DNA of 55,006 nucleotides from an uncultured bacterium (GCA_966443485.1 CBJOJD010000001.1:1-55006); one strand, 5' to 3'. Positions 1 to 12,614 are shown, counted from the stretch's first letter. Numbers and translations are program-made. Notes: generated by a model from the sequence alone, not told the origin.

Positions 1-2
1 TG

Positions 3-512
3 TCTGCTTATCGTTCCGGAACCGGCTTCGAAGGCACGGATGAATACGCACCACCCGGTGCCGACAACTCTTTGGTTCCGGCGGACCTCCCTGCTGGATG
101 CCTGGTCTCGGACCCGCAGGTGCAGTTGGGCCAAGCCGTTCCTGATCAGGATTTTCCGCGCTGGTCGCCCCAGCAAAACTCCTGTTCCGCCGTCTTTACC
201 TTTGTGGCGCCGTGGCAGAGACAACACCGCGAGATTCGGGACACCGTACCAAAGCCTGGTTACCTGATCCTGCACCTGCGCCGCTTTCCCGCCTGGCGTG
301 TTCGCGTCAACGGCAGGGTGGTTCAAAACCTGCCGCAACGCCAGGATGGGCTGTTCGCGATTCCCGTACCCGCCGGTCCGGTGGATGTCTCTCTGGATTG
401 GGTCACGACGTCCGACGTCCGCTTCGGCCAGGTGGTCAGCGCCATCGCCGGCTCCGCCGTCCTGGGCCTTCTAGGTCTGGGCCTCCTGCGGACCCGCGCT
501 CATTTATCATGA
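3..512 (+). CDS. C-terminal part of a membrane protein with a YfhO-like C-terminal region; 5'-truncated by the window edge
   Basis: Frame is open from position 3 (SAYRSGTGFEGTDEYAPPG...). FPAWRVRVNG...GLFAIPVPAG followed by a C-terminal TM helix resembles YfhO/GT-C-type protein ends. Confidence 0.6.
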   Translation, partial: SAYRSGTGFEGTDEYAPPGADNSLVPADLPAGCLVSDPQVQLGQAVPDQDFPRWSPQQNSCSAVFTFVAPWQRQHREIRDTVPKPGYLILHLRRFPAWRVRVNGRVVQNLPQRQDGLFAIPVPAGPVDVSLDWVTTSDVRFGQVVSAIAGSAVLGLLGLGLLRTRAHLS

Positions 513-519
513 AGGACGA

Positions 520-1410
520 ATGATGATCGATGTTAAATCGCTGATTGAGGAAGGCGCCGCGCTGACAGATAAGGCTCTGGAGGGCCTTTTGCCCAGCGTG
601 CAGACTGTTCCCTCCTCAATCCATCGCGCCATGCGCCACTCCACCTTCGCGGGCGGTAAAAGGCTGCGACCGGTCTTGGCCATGCAGGCCGCCGTTACGA
701 TTGCAGGTAGCGTTCCCAAGGGCATCGAAGACTTGGGCGCCGCCATTGAGATGCTGCACACCTATTCGCTGATCCACGACGACCTGCCTGCCTTGGACAA
801 CGATGACCTGCGCCGCGGCAAGCCGACCTGCCATGTTGCCTTCGGCGAAGCCATTGCCATTCTGGCCGGCGATGCGCTGCAGACCCGAGCCTTCGAAGTG
901 CTGGCCAATCTACAGTGTCCGGCCGAAGCCACGGTTCAGATCATCCGCCTCATCGCGAATGCCGTGGGCACCGTGGATGGCATGATCGGCGGCCAGGTTC
1001 TGGATATCGAGAGTGAACATCAAAAGCCGACGCCTCAGCTTGTCGAAGCAATTCATCGCGCCAAAACCGGTGCGCTGATTCGCGTCAGCGTGGTGGCGGG
1101 CGGCGTCTATGCGGGCGCAACCGCAGCCGATGTCGCCTGCCTGGACACCTTCGGCCGCAAGGCTGGACTGGCGTTTCAGATTGTCGATGATGTGCTCGAT
1201 ATGACCGTCGACTCCGCCCACCTGGGCAAAACCGCAGGCAAGGACCTCGCCACGGAAAAGGCTACCTGGCCCGCTGTCTTCGGTATTGAACAGAGCCAGC
1301 GTGACGCTGCGGATCTCATCGATGAGGCCTTTGCCGCTTTAGTTCCTTACGGGGAGCGAGCCGATGGGCTCAAGTCCGTCGCACGGTATCTCGTGGAACG
1401 TAAGAACTAG
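520..1410 (+). CDS. ispA: Polyprenyl (farnesyl/geranylgeranyl) diphosphate synthase
   Basis: GGKRLRP, LIHDDLPALDNDDLRRG, GGQ, KT and FQIVDDVLD motifs; AAGGA upstream. Confidence 0.93.
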   Translation: MMIDVKSLIEEGAALTDKALEGLLPSVQTVPSSIHRAMRHSTFAGGKRLRPVLAMQAAVTIAGSVPKGIEDLGAAIEMLHTYSLIHDDLPALDNDDLRRGKPTCHVAFGEAIAILAGDALQTRAFEVLANLQCPAEATVQIIRLIANAVGTVDGMIGGQVLDIESEHQKPTPQLVEAIHRAKTGALIRVSVVAGGVYAGATAADVACLDTFGRKAGLAFQIVDDVLDMTVDSAHLGKTAGKDLATEKATWPAVFGIEQSQRDAADLIDEAFAALVPYGERADGLKSVARYLVERKN

Positions 1411-1425
1411 AGCCTTTGGAAACCG

Positions 1426-1752
1426 ATGCTTGCTGAATCTGACATCCTGAAGGCGCTTCGCGACTGCTTCGATCCCGAAGTCAAGCTCAACCTCGTGGAT
1501 TTGGGCTTGATCTATTCGGTGGAGACTGGGCCTGATCCCGATTCAGCTCCGGCGTGGCCGCGCCAGTGGGTGAAGGTGAAGATGACACTCACCACCCCGC
1601 AATGCCCGGCCAGCGGTTTGATCTTCGAACAGGTCCACAACCGCTTGGCCAGTATTCCGGAGATATCGAAGGTTGAGGTGGACCTGGTGTGGGAGCCCAA
1701 ATGGACTCCTCATCGCATCAGTGAAGCGGGCCGGACCCAGCTCAACCTTTAG
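1426..1752 (+). CDS. DUF59/SufT-PaaD family Fe-S cluster assembly factor
   Basis: DPE-x3-NLVDLGLIY, MTLTTPQCP and VWEPKWT motifs. Confidence 0.9.
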   Translation: MLAESDILKALRDCFDPEVKLNLVDLGLIYSVETGPDPDSAPAWPRQWVKVKMTLTTPQCPASGLIFEQVHNRLASIPEISKVEVDLVWEPKWTPHRISEAGRTQLNL

Positions 1753-1764
1753 CTGACTCTCCTT

Positions 1765-2100
1765 CTACCTGCCGAACAATCCCATCAGCTTGTCCCGCTT
1801 GGCGGTCAGGTCGTCAATCGTGGTCTGGGCCTGGTCCAGCATGCGCTGGGCATCCTCGAGATACCCGGGCAAGGCATTCCACCAGGCGCGCACGGTGTCC
1901 TGCTCCTCGAGCAGCACCAGAGCAGTGCCTGCCGCTGTGACCAGTAGCCCGGCCTTCCGCTTCCCGGTCAAGAGGAGAAGCGATCCCGCCAGCAGAGTGC
2001 CTCCTATGCCGGCCCGCATCCATTCGTTGTGCTCGGGGCGCTTGGTCTCTTGGATCTGGCCCTCGCGATAGTTCGTGGTGGGGGTTGAAACGGCACTCAT
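1765..2100 (-). CDS. Hypothetical small membrane protein
   Basis: GAGGAG SD; two short hydrophobic segments followed by a helical C-terminus. Confidence 0.7.
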   Translation of the reverse strand: MSAVSTPTTNYREGQIQETKRPEHNEWMRAGIGGTLLAGSLLLLTGKRKAGLLVTAAGTALVLLEEQDTVRAWWNALPGYLEDAQRMLDQAQTTIDDLTAKRDKLMGLFGR

Positions 2101-2264
2101 ACTGTCTCCTCTTTCTAAAACGTCGTTTCGGTTGCACAGCAGACCAACCAGACCTTCTTTGTCGCGAGACGGACATAGATGGTGGTTCGTATCGCTCTAT
2201 CCTGTTGGCCCACTCACATCTGCACACAAAGATGCGTGCTGCGAATCGTCGGTGGTCCAGCCAA

Positions 2265-2579
2265 TCAGTCCAAATCGAATTCGCGCAGCGGCTTGCCCTC
2301 TGGAGCATCCTTGGCCTTGCGCAGCGCCTCAGCGAACTTCTTCTCCAGCAGGTCAGCCTTATTGCGCTCCGCATCCAGGCTCTGGCGGAAGATCGACTCT
2401 TTGCGCTCATCCTGCTCCCGCAGCGCTTTGGCCGCGGTTTCCAAGTCCTCGAAGGTGCGTTTGCGCGGAGCGGACGTGTGGCTGATGACCACACCGGTAG
2501 CTGCATCGATCTTCAACATAGCCCCGCAATCCGGGCAGGCCACCTCAAACGTCTGTTCTTTTGTCTTTTCTTTGGCCAT
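2265..2579 (-). CDS. Hypothetical protein with a CxxC motif and charged coiled-coil tail
   Basis: Start placed at MAKEK; CPDCG motif; TACAAT 9 nt upstream. Confidence 0.75.
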   Translation of the reverse strand: MAKEKTKEQTFEVACPDCGAMLKIDAATGVVISHTSAPRKRTFEDLETAAKALREQDERKESIFRQSLDAERNKADLLEKKFAEALRKAKDAPEGKPLREFDLD

Positions 2580-2637
2580 GACAAGAGCATTGTAGGCGCT
2601 GGCGGGACCGCTTGCACAGGGTCCCAAGCCACCTGAA

Positions 2638-4131
2638 TCATGGTTGCCGCACATGCAGGATGACGCGCCGGTAGGAGGTCAACCTGGGCGACCCCTCGTC
2701 CGTGACGGCCAGAATTATGTGCGCGGTGCCGCCCCCGCGGCAAGGGATCAGCGGTAACCACATCGGCCGGCAAGCCGCATCCACTTTAACTCTGGCCTTT
2801 GCCGTCTCGGCATCGCTGAGCGTGAGTGCAGCGATGTTGCCATCCGCGCTCCCCGCTTCGGCATATTGGAACCAGTGATAATGCAGCCTCTGCCCATCGG
2901 GGTCGGAACTGCGGCTCGCGTCCAGTTCAACGGACTGGCCCACAGACGCTTCCATCTCGATGGGCTGGGTTCCTTCCTGGCCGTTCACCACCACCACCGG
3001 ATTGTGATTGGCATGGGCGAAGTCCGCCACCGTCCAACTCATACGCGCCGCGAAGTCGTTCTGGAACGCCTCTCTCCAACGCCAGATGGTCGCCTGGTCC
3101 GACACATGCTCAACCCCATCCGCACCGAGGACTGCGTCCTGCGAGGTGGTTCGGGCAAATTCATCGCCACCCTGGGTCCAGATGGGATGCGTCTCGCCGT
3201 AGGGTTGACGGTATACGTAGCGACCTCCCCATCCTCCCCAATCCGGTCGACGAAAGGCATTCAGCCCGTTGTCGATCAGGCCCAGGAACGACGGCGTGTC
3301 CCCTTCCATGATGAACATGAAGCGCGGATACACCTTGCCAAGCGGCCCTTTGCTGCGGATGTTCGCGTCCAGCCACTCGTTGGTCACGGTGGTGAAATCG
3401 GCCCCTTCGCCATTGCGGTAATAGCGGTCGCCGCTGATCCCCGTCCAAGTCGCCACATAGTACTCCCCACCTGTAGGAGTCGAGGGCGAGACGATGTAAA
3501 AGAGCGCGGGAAACTCGCGCCGTATCCACGGCCCCGCGTCGTCCTGGTCGGAGATCGAGTACACGCGTAGCTGCGAGATGATTTTGGCAGCCTGATCCGA
3601 TGTGTGGGATCCCCGAATATCCTGGAGCGCCTGCGCCAGGGTGTTCGCCCCGCCCCAGATGCAGATCCAGAGCGGCCTCTGATCCTGTTTCTCTGCAGCG
3701 TGCACAATCGCCTTGGCACCATCAGAGTCTTTATCCGGCCCTGTGGCCGCTATGCCGTAAGCGGTCTGCCCTGTATAAACGCGCCGGGCCAACTCCGCCG
3801 CTTCTGGCCACCCTTTGGCATTCAGCAGCAGATTCGGCCGTACCTGCGCATAGGCTTCGATGAGCTGCCGCATTGTTTCGGGATGCGTGGCCGTCTTCTG
3901 CCAGGTGGAGGTGGTCGCGATCATTGCTTCGATATCGAATTCGTTCGAGTAGAGCAGGAACCGCACGAACGACATCTGATCGTCCGGCTCATTGCCGATG
4001 TCGCTGATCACTACAACGCGGGGCTTGCCGGAGAAGTCATCCACGTGCGCGGGCGGAACCGATTGCGATGCGGCAAAGGACGTGGCCAGCACTAAACCCA
4101 GAAGTGCACCCGGCAGACAGAGTGTTTTCAT
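2638..4131 (-). CDS. Secreted DUF1593 (nucleoside-hydrolase-like) protein with a C-terminal Ig-like domain
   Basis: Signal peptide; SDIGNEPDDQMSFVRFLLYSNEFDIE, WGGANTLAQAL, EGDTPSFL, WGGWGGRY, FQNDFAARMSW, ANHNP; GAGG SD. Confidence 0.85.
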   Translation of the reverse strand: MKTLCLPGALLGLVLATSFAASQSVPPAHVDDFSGKPRVVVISDIGNEPDDQMSFVRFLLYSNEFDIEAMIATTSTWQKTATHPETMRQLIEAYAQVRPNLLLNAKGWPEAAELARRVYTGQTAYGIAATGPDKDSDGAKAIVHAAEKQDQRPLWICIWGGANTLAQALQDIRGSHTSDQAAKIISQLRVYSISDQDDAGPWIRREFPALFYIVSPSTPTGGEYYVATWTGISGDRYYRNGEGADFTTVTNEWLDANIRSKGPLGKVYPRFMFIMEGDTPSFLGLIDNGLNAFRRPDWGGWGGRYVYRQPYGETHPIWTQGGDEFARTTSQDAVLGADGVEHVSDQATIWRWREAFQNDFAARMSWTVADFAHANHNPVVVVNGQEGTQPIEMEASVGQSVELDASRSSDPDGQRLHYHWFQYAEAGSADGNIAALTLSDAETAKARVKVDAACRPMWLPLIPCRGGGTAHIILAVTDEGSPRLTSYRRVILHVRQP

Positions 4132-4209
4132 AGTTCCTCGAGAAGGCAGGACCATTCTCCACCATTCGCCATGGCGTTGCACAATGCAAGCCACAATCCT
4201 ACCGACCAC

Positions 4210-5568
4210 CTACCAGCGCGGCACAGGGAACCCCATCAGGTCGCGGATGAAGATCACCAACACAGCAAAGGGGCTCTCTAGCAGGAACTCCTTGGACGGT
4301 AGATTCGGTATCGCAAGCAGTAGCACTCCGAGCACGATTCCAGCAGGCCAGCGCTCGGCCACACCGGCCGCGCGCAAGCAAATATCCTGCGGACACCGGC
4401 GAATCTGCCGCATGCAAGCCGGCAGCGCAGCGTACGCTGCCTCCCGGCAAGGCGGGCTAAGAGCCACGAAGGTCACTTCGGTCAGGACGATCGTAAAGAA
4501 TCGGCCCCAGTCCCACCCCAGCCAGTACAGCGGAGCAGAAAGTGTCAGCGTCGCGAGAGTCAGCGCCCAGACGGGTTGAAGGGGAATCTTCGCTGCGACC
4601 ATCGTGACAAAGAAGATCGCAATGGCGAATCCAGCAGGCAATAGAAACAGCGGTGCCCGCCGCCATGCAGAGCGCGTGAGCGTCACACTCCTTTGCAGCG
4701 ACCACCCTAATCCATCCACTGCCGCCGGAAAGTCTGGGCCACCGTCACAGCGAGTCGCCGCACCGTGATCATGCCAACTCCGGCAAATTGCCTCCGCTGT
4801 CTTCGGATCACCATGGCAGCGAATGCTTAAACCCGCTCCAGTCAGAGACGGCAGAAAGATACAACCGACCATCAGCGCAGCTTTCAACGGTGTAATCCCA
4901 AGTCTGCGCATTGCACCGGTCAGCAGAAACAGGTTCAGTGGCAACCAGGTGAAGAGAAACAGCCCCTCGTGCATCAGAGCGAGAAACAAGGCGACCAACC
5001 CGATTACTGCAGCAGATATGGGCAGGAAAAGGCTCTTCGATCGTGCGCCCATCTTGAACATGCCTTCGATCAACAGCACGTTCAGCACCGTCGCGGCGAC
5101 AAATACAAAGTCTTTGCGCAGAAATGATCCCAATGGCGCGGCTTCGACGCCAAACATCAGCAGTCCTGGATTGAAGCACAACAAGAGCCTCCAGAGACTC
5201 CCACATCGCAACCGCAGACTTCTACGCACCAGTTCCACGCAAAGCGCCAGATAAACAGCTGTGGTCGCGGTAACCCAGACGGCGAAAAAGCTCAGCCCCG
5301 TCAGATGCATCAGCCCGCTGAGCAACTCTCCGCCGAGCCCACGACGTACGAAACCGCCGGCATAATCGATCATCCACTCTGATGAGTTCCAGTCTGTGCC
5401 TGGAATTTGCCGGAAGATCTCGCGAGACTCCCAAATGCGGATCGAGACGAGCAGCACAGCGGTCCAGAGAAAGATGAGCTCCGGGGCGCAGGAGAAGCGG
5501 CGCTGCGGGCCGTCACGCGCGCTCCGATCCTCTCTCACCGCGTCCTTCGCGTTGGCCACCGTGGACAT
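4210..5568 (-). CDS. Polytopic membrane protein, possibly GT-C-fold glycosyltransferase-like
   Basis: About 10 hydrophobic segments; EWMIDYAGGFVRRGLGGE, HE and DWGR motifs; GAGGAG SD. Confidence 0.65.
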   Translation of the reverse strand: MSTVANAKDAVREDRSARDGPQRRFSCAPELIFLWTAVLLVSIRIWESREIFRQIPGTDWNSSEWMIDYAGGFVRRGLGGELLSGLMHLTGLSFFAVWVTATTAVYLALCVELVRRSLRLRCGSLWRLLLCFNPGLLMFGVEAAPLGSFLRKDFVFVAATVLNVLLIEGMFKMGARSKSLFLPISAAVIGLVALFLALMHEGLFLFTWLPLNLFLLTGAMRRLGITPLKAALMVGCIFLPSLTGAGLSIRCHGDPKTAEAICRSWHDHGAATRCDGGPDFPAAVDGLGWSLQRSVTLTRSAWRRAPLFLLPAGFAIAIFFVTMVAAKIPLQPVWALTLATLTLSAPLYWLGWDWGRFFTIVLTEVTFVALSPPCREAAYAALPACMRQIRRCPQDICLRAAGVAERWPAGIVLGVLLLAIPNLPSKEFLLESPFAVLVIFIRDLMGFPVPRW

Positions 5569-5795
5569 CGGATTCTCCTCTGTCGACCCGGAAGAGCAGT
5601 TCGCCGCGCGGTCAGGATCACGGCACACGGAGCACGCACACCGCGCAAAACGCTCAACGAGCCACAGACCGCATAAAGATGTGTAAAGGATGGCCCTCGA
5701 GGCCCGGGAACGTCAGCAACACTGTAGGGTCTTCTGTGCGCCTAGGCCTGCGATGGCCGTCACAGGGCAGAGTCTCGGCCCAAGATCAAAGCAGC

Positions 5796-5833
5796 AAAAA
5801 CGCGAAGACCCCACTCCGTAGAGCAGGGCCTTC
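5796..5833 (-). terminator. Intrinsic terminator of the atp operon
   Basis: Minus strand GAAGGCCCTGCTC-TACG-GAGTGGGGTCTTC then GCGTTTTT, just after the atpC stop. Confidence 0.85.
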
Positions 5834-5856
5834 ACCGTTTGAACTTGCCGGGATGA

Positions 5857-6291
5857 TTACGCTCGTTCGTGCGCACTGGCCAGCTTGGATTCCGCCTCGG
5901 CGATCACCTGCAGCGCCTCAGTGTAAGCTTCCTCGCTGTCCCCAGCCTTCTGCCACATCTGCAGACCGCGGTCGAGTTGCTGATTGGCCCGGGGTACGTC
6001 GATTTCCTCGGGTTTCAGAGCGTCGTTGGCCAGGATGGTCACGCGATCGGGAAGCACTTCCACAAAGCCCCAGTTGACGTTGTAGATCTGCTCAGCACCG
6101 GCGTCGCTGCCCACTACACCGTGAATCCGCACATCGCCAGCGCCCAGCTCCGAAAGCAGCGGAGCGTGGCCGTAGAGCACTTCCATGTAACCATTCTTCG
6201 CCGGCAATTCAACGGCCGCCGCGGTCGCTTCGAAAAGCGTGCGCTCGGGGGTGACCAGCCGGACACGAAGTTGATTTGATTCGTCTGCCAT
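5857..6291 (-). CDS. atpC: ATP synthase F1 epsilon subunit
   Basis: LVTPER, GHAPL and GFVEV motifs; last gene of the operon. Confidence 0.95.
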   Translation of the reverse strand: MADESNQLRVRLVTPERTLFEATAAAVELPAKNGYMEVLYGHAPLLSELGAGDVRIHGVVGSDAGAEQIYNVNWGFVEVLPDRVTILANDALKPEEIDVPRANQQLDRGLQMWQKAGDSEEAYTEALQVIAEAESKLASAHERA

Positions 6292-6296
6292 TCGTC

Positions 6297-6381
6297 AGTT
6301 CTCAGTTCGAAGTTCTGAGTCCGAAGTTCAAGGTTCGTAGTTCGATTCCAGCTTTGAACTACGAACTCTGAACTGTGAACT
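6297..6381. repeat. Inverted heptamer array (atpD-atpC spacer)
   Basis: agttctc agttcga agttctg agtccga agttcaa ggttcgt agttcga, 8-nt loop, ttgaact acgaact ctgaact gtgaact. Confidence 0.92.
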
Positions 6382-6384
6382 GTT

Positions 6385-7930
<1,546 letters not shown>

Positions 7931-7934
7931 GCTT

Positions 7935-8999
<1,065 letters not shown>

Positions 9000-9005
9000 T
9001 AGCTA

Positions 9006-9103
9006 AGTTCTCAGTTCCAGTTCTCAGTGGCTGAGCCAGTTCAGAGTTCACGGTTCACAGTTCGCAGCCAAAATTGAGAACTGCGAACCATGAACTGATA
9101 ACT
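9006..9103. repeat. Inverted heptamer array (atpA-atpG spacer)
   Basis: agttctc agttcc agttctc, 12-nt interruption, agttcag agttcac ggttcac agttcgc, 10-nt loop, gagaact gcgaacc atgaact gataact. Confidence 0.92.
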
Positions 9104-9107
9104 GCCA

Positions 9108-10640
9108 TTACGCCGTTACAGCTTCCGCCGTCTGCGCCTTGAAGTTTTCCTTGTACTCCTTCAGGGCCGCATGCAGCTTGTTGCGCAGATCGTCGTCGAG
9201 CTGCTTCTTCTGCGTCAGGCCATTCATGAGCTCGGTCTGCGTCTCGAAGTACTTGTGCAAGCCGTCTTCGAACGCCCGAATCTCGCTGACCTTCAAGTCG
9301 TCCAGATAGCCCTGCGTACCGGCAAAGAGCACAATCGTCTGCTGCTGCCAGGTAAGAGGCTGGAACTGCGGCTGCTTCAACAGCTCAGTGAGACGTTGAC
9401 CGCGGTTCAGCTGCTTCTGGGTCAACGGATCGAGGTCGGAGCCGAACTGCGCAAAGGCCGCCAATTCGCGATACTGGGCCAGGTCCAGCTTCAGCGTCGA
9501 ACCCACCTGCTTGACGGCCTTGATGGCGGCCGAGAAGCCTACGCGCGACACCGAGAGACCTACGTTCACGGCCGGGCGAACACCGGAGTTGAACAGATCG
9601 GTTTCCAGGAAGATCTGCCCATCGGTGATGGAGATGACGTTGGTCGGAATGTACGCCGATACGTCGCCGGCCTGGGTCTCAATCACAGGCAGTGCGGTCA
9701 GCGATCCGCCACCGCGCTCCGCACTCATCTTGGACGAGCGCTCGAGCAGACGAGAGTGGAGGTAGAACACGTCACCCGGATAGGCTTCGCGGCCCGGCGG
9801 ACGACGGAGCAGCAGCGAGATCTCGCGGTACGCCATAGCGTGTTTGGAAAGATCGTCGTACATCACCAGCGCGTGCTTGCCCTTGTCGCGGAAGTATTCA
9901 CCCAGCGCAGTGGCGGCATAAGGCGCCAGGTACAGCATGGGGGCAGGCTCTGAAGCAGAAGCCGCGACGATGATGGTGTGCCCCATCGCGCCGGCTTCGG
10001 TCAGCGTCTGCACCACCTGAGCGATCGATGAGCGCTTCTGGCCGATGGCGCAGTAGATGCAGATCAGATCGTTCTTGGCGTTGTTGATGATGGTGTCCAG
10101 CAGAACCGCGGTCTTACCGGTCTGGCGGTCGCCGATGATCAGCTCGCGTTGTCCGCGGCCGATCGGAATCATGGCGTCGATGGCCTTGAGACCGGTGGCC
10201 ATCGGCTCACGCACCGGTTGGCGATCGATGATGCCAGGCGCAAGGCGCTCCACGGGGAGCGATTCGGTGGTGGCGATGGGCCCCTTGTCGTCGATGGGCA
10301 TACCCAGCGCATTTACCACGCGCCCGATCATGGCCTCACCCACTGGCACGGAAAGAATCTTGCCCGTGCGCTTTACCTCTTGGCCTTCCTTCAGCTCGGT
10401 GTAGTCACCCAGCACCACGGTGCCCACCTGGTCCTCTTCCAGAGAAAGAGCCAGTCCGGCGATCCCGTGGGGGAAGCTGAGCAGTTCGCCTGCCATGACC
10501 TTGTCCAAGCCGTGGATACGGGCGATACCGTCACCCAGCGAGGTAATCGTGCCGACCTCGTCGACCTGCACCTTCGAGTCGTAGTTCGCGATCTGCTCGC
10601 GAAGAAGTTGCGTAATCTCGTCTGCCTTGATCTGAGCCAT
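9108..10640 (-). CDS. atpA: ATP synthase F1 alpha subunit
   Basis: GDRQTGKT and [23 protein letters not shown]; AAGGA SD 8 nt before MAQIK. Confidence 0.98.
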   Translation of the reverse strand: MAQIKADEITQLLREQIANYDSKVQVDEVGTITSLGDGIARIHGLDKVMAGELLSFPHGIAGLALSLEEDQVGTVVLGDYTELKEGQEVKRTGKILSVPVGEAMIGRVVNALGMPIDDKGPIATTESLPVERLAPGIIDRQPVREPMATGLKAIDAMIPIGRGQRELIIGDRQTGKTAVLLDTIINNAKNDLICIYCAIGQKRSSIAQVVQTLTEAGAMGHTIIVAASASEPAPMLYLAPYAATALGEYFRDKGKHALVMYDDLSKHAMAYREISLLLRRPPGREAYPGDVFYLHSRLLERSSKMSAERGGGSLTALPVIETQAGDVSAYIPTNVISITDGQIFLETDLFNSGVRPAVNVGLSVSRVGFSAAIKAVKQVGSTLKLDLAQYRELAAFAQFGSDLDPLTQKQLNRGQRLTELLKQPQFQPLTWQQQTIVLFAGTQGYLDDLKVSEIRAFEDGLHKYFETQTELMNGLTQKKQLDDDLRNKLHAALKEYKENFKAQTAEAVTA

Positions 10641-10662
10641 TTGCAAATTCCTTGCACTAATC

Positions 10663-10753
10663 AGTTCGTAGTTCTTAGTTCGCGGTTCACAACGGGGTCC
10701 GCCTTCAGAGTCGCGAGTCAGAGTTGTGAATTAAGAACTCTGAACTGCAAACT
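10663..10753. repeat. Inverted heptamer array (atpH-atpA spacer)
   Basis: agttcgt agttctt agttcgc ggttcac aac ... gtt gtgaatt aagaact ctgaact gcaaact. Confidence 0.88.
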
Positions 10754-10762
10754 CTTCCGGCT

Positions 10763-11302
10763 TCAGCCGGCAATCAACTCTTCCTTCAGTCGCGCCAGGC
10801 GTCCGCGCACAGAGCCGTCGTACACGGTGGACCCGATGCGGACCACGGTGCCGCCTAAAATCGACTTGTCTAACTTGAAGCTGGGCTGGATACGTGCGCC
10901 GGCCAGCTTTCCTACTCCAGCCACCAGCTCGGCACGCTCCTGTTCGCTCAGTTCGCGAGCGGTCACAATCTCCGCCTGCCGAATGCCCTGCCGTTCCTGC
11001 AGTTCGATTCGATATGCTGCCGCCACTTCGCGAACACTGGAGATGCGATCGTGATCGATGAGCACGGCAATCAGATTGCGCAGCTCTTTCTGCATTCCCA
11101 GCTTCCAGTTCATCTTGTCCAGAACCGCGATCTTCTGCCGGGCGGGAATGGCGGGGTTCTCGAAAACGTCACGCAGCTCGCGGCTGCCGTCCCATGTAGC
11201 CAGAAAATCATTCAGCTGCCGGTCGATGCCGGACGTATCCAGCTTGGCGGCTTGCACGACATCGGCAAAGGCTCGGGCATATCGGGAAACAAATGCTGCC
11301 AT
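10763..11302 (-). CDS. atpH: ATP synthase F1 delta subunit
   Basis: RYARAF N-terminus and DKSILGG...IGSTVYDGSV motif; operon position. Confidence 0.95.
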   Translation of the reverse strand: MAAFVSRYARAFADVVQAAKLDTSGIDRQLNDFLATWDGSRELRDVFENPAIPARQKIAVLDKMNWKLGMQKELRNLIAVLIDHDRISSVREVAAAYRIELQERQGIRQAEIVTARELSEQERAELVAGVGKLAGARIQPSFKLDKSILGGTVVRIGSTVYDGSVRGRLARLKEELIAG

Positions 11303-11303
11303 G

Positions 11304-12074
11304 TTAGTTCTGCCCTCCCTTTGCTGCGCCGTTGCTGACACCCTGCACAAACTCGGCGATCAGCGCGCGATCCGCCTCTGGCGTCAATACCAGCTGCTGG
11401 GCTGCGCGATCGATGGCCAGATCCGCCGCAAAGTGCCGCAGTTCCCGCTGTGCGTGCGCAGCGGCCGCGGCGATCTCCTGCTCCGCGGAGGCCAGAATGC
11501 GGGCGCTCTCCTCCTGGATGCTGGCCTTGATCCGCACTTCGTCGTTCTTGCTCTCTTCTTCCACTTGAGCGCGAACCTTGGCGATCTCGCCATCCAGCCG
11601 GGAAAGCTGAGCTTCCACTGCGGCGAGCCGGGAGCTGGCATCGGCCGTGGTTTTACGGGCAACTTCCAACTCGTGGTTCAAGCTCTGGGTGCGGCGACGC
11701 ATCACCTTGGGCAGGACCTTGAACAGCGGAATCAAGATCGCCAGAATGATGATTGCGAAATTGATGTACTCGAACAGGCGCGCGGTCGTTTCCACGTCCA
11801 GGCCGAAGGTGCGCGCCAGCGCACTGACCAGCTTGGTATGGCGATAGACGTTGTCTTCCTCAGCCTCTTCTTTTCTTACCTGCCCGGGCTGGGCCGAAAG
11901 CGCCTGGTTGCCGCTCGCATTGTGCGTGGCTTCCGTTGCAGGAGCCGCAGCGGTCGGAGCCGCTTGTTCCTGGCCCCGTGCGGGCAGAGAGGCAGTTAAA
12001 ACTCCTGCACTGCATGAAGCCAAAACGGCGAATAAGAGAATGCGTGCGGAAATCGATTTCGATGAAGCTCTCAA
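11304..12074 (-). CDS. atpF: ATP synthase F0 subunit b with N-terminal extension
   Basis: INFAII TM helix followed by a long coiled coil; directly upstream of atpH. Confidence 0.88.
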   Translation of the reverse strand: MRASSKSISARILLFAVLASCSAGVLTASLPARGQEQAAPTAAAPATEATHNASGNQALSAQPGQVRKEEAEEDNVYRHTKLVSALARTFGLDVETTARLFEYINFAIIILAILIPLFKVLPKVMRRRTQSLNHELEVARKTTADASSRLAAVEAQLSRLDGEIAKVRAQVEEESKNDEVRIKASIQEESARILASAEQEIAAAAAHAQRELRHFAADLAIDRAAQQLVLTPEADRALIAEFVQGVSNGAAKGGQN

Positions 12075-12529
12075 CGCGTACCCCCGACGGCCACCGGAAG
12101 CACCGCGCGTACTACCCGTCCAGCCAGATCTGCGGCCGAAGCCTCTACGGACTGCTTGGCGCGTTGCGCCTCAGCTTCCAATTCAGCCTTCGCCTGGCTC
12201 ACCTTTGAGCCAGCCGACTTGCGGGCAGCATCCAATGCAGCATCCCGCTCGGCGTTCCACTGTTTAATCCGCTGTTCGCGCGCCTTGTAGATCTCGGCCT
12301 TGGCCTGGCGCAGCTTGGCCGCATACTCGGCGGTACGCTCCTCGGCCTGGGCAATGGCCCTCTGGGCATCTTCCATCGCGCCGGCAGTGCGCGCGCGGCG
12401 TTCCTTTAGCACTCGGCTCAGCGGCGTCTGCACCAGGAATTGGTAGGCCAACACCAGCACAATGAACAACAACACCGTGGGTACGGCGCCAAGCAGAAGT
12501 GTCCCGACTTGTTGAAGTATTTGATCCAT
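12071..12529 (-). CDS. ATP synthase F0 subunit b'
   Basis: Single TM helix, PLSRVLKERR, coiled coil; overlaps atpF by 4 nt. Confidence 0.88.
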   Translation of the reverse strand: MDQILQQVGTLLLGAVPTVLLFIVLVLAYQFLVQTPLSRVLKERRARTAGAMEDAQRAIAQAEERTAEYAAKLRQAKAEIYKAREQRIKQWNAERDAALDAARKSAGSKVSQAKAELEAEAQRAKQSVEASAADLAGRVVRAVLPVAVGGTR

Positions 12530-12585
12530 GCTGGTATCGGTATTCGTTCAGGCGGTCAGTTCAGAATTTCTGGATAGAACACTTT

Positions 12586-12614
12586 TTTGTATCAGGCGGA
12601 TGGCCGTAAGTCAA
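12586..12614 (-). promoter_or_regulatory. Putative sigma70 promoter of the atp operon
   Basis: Minus strand TTGACT-17 nt-TACAAA, 56 nt upstream of the b' start. Confidence 0.6.
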
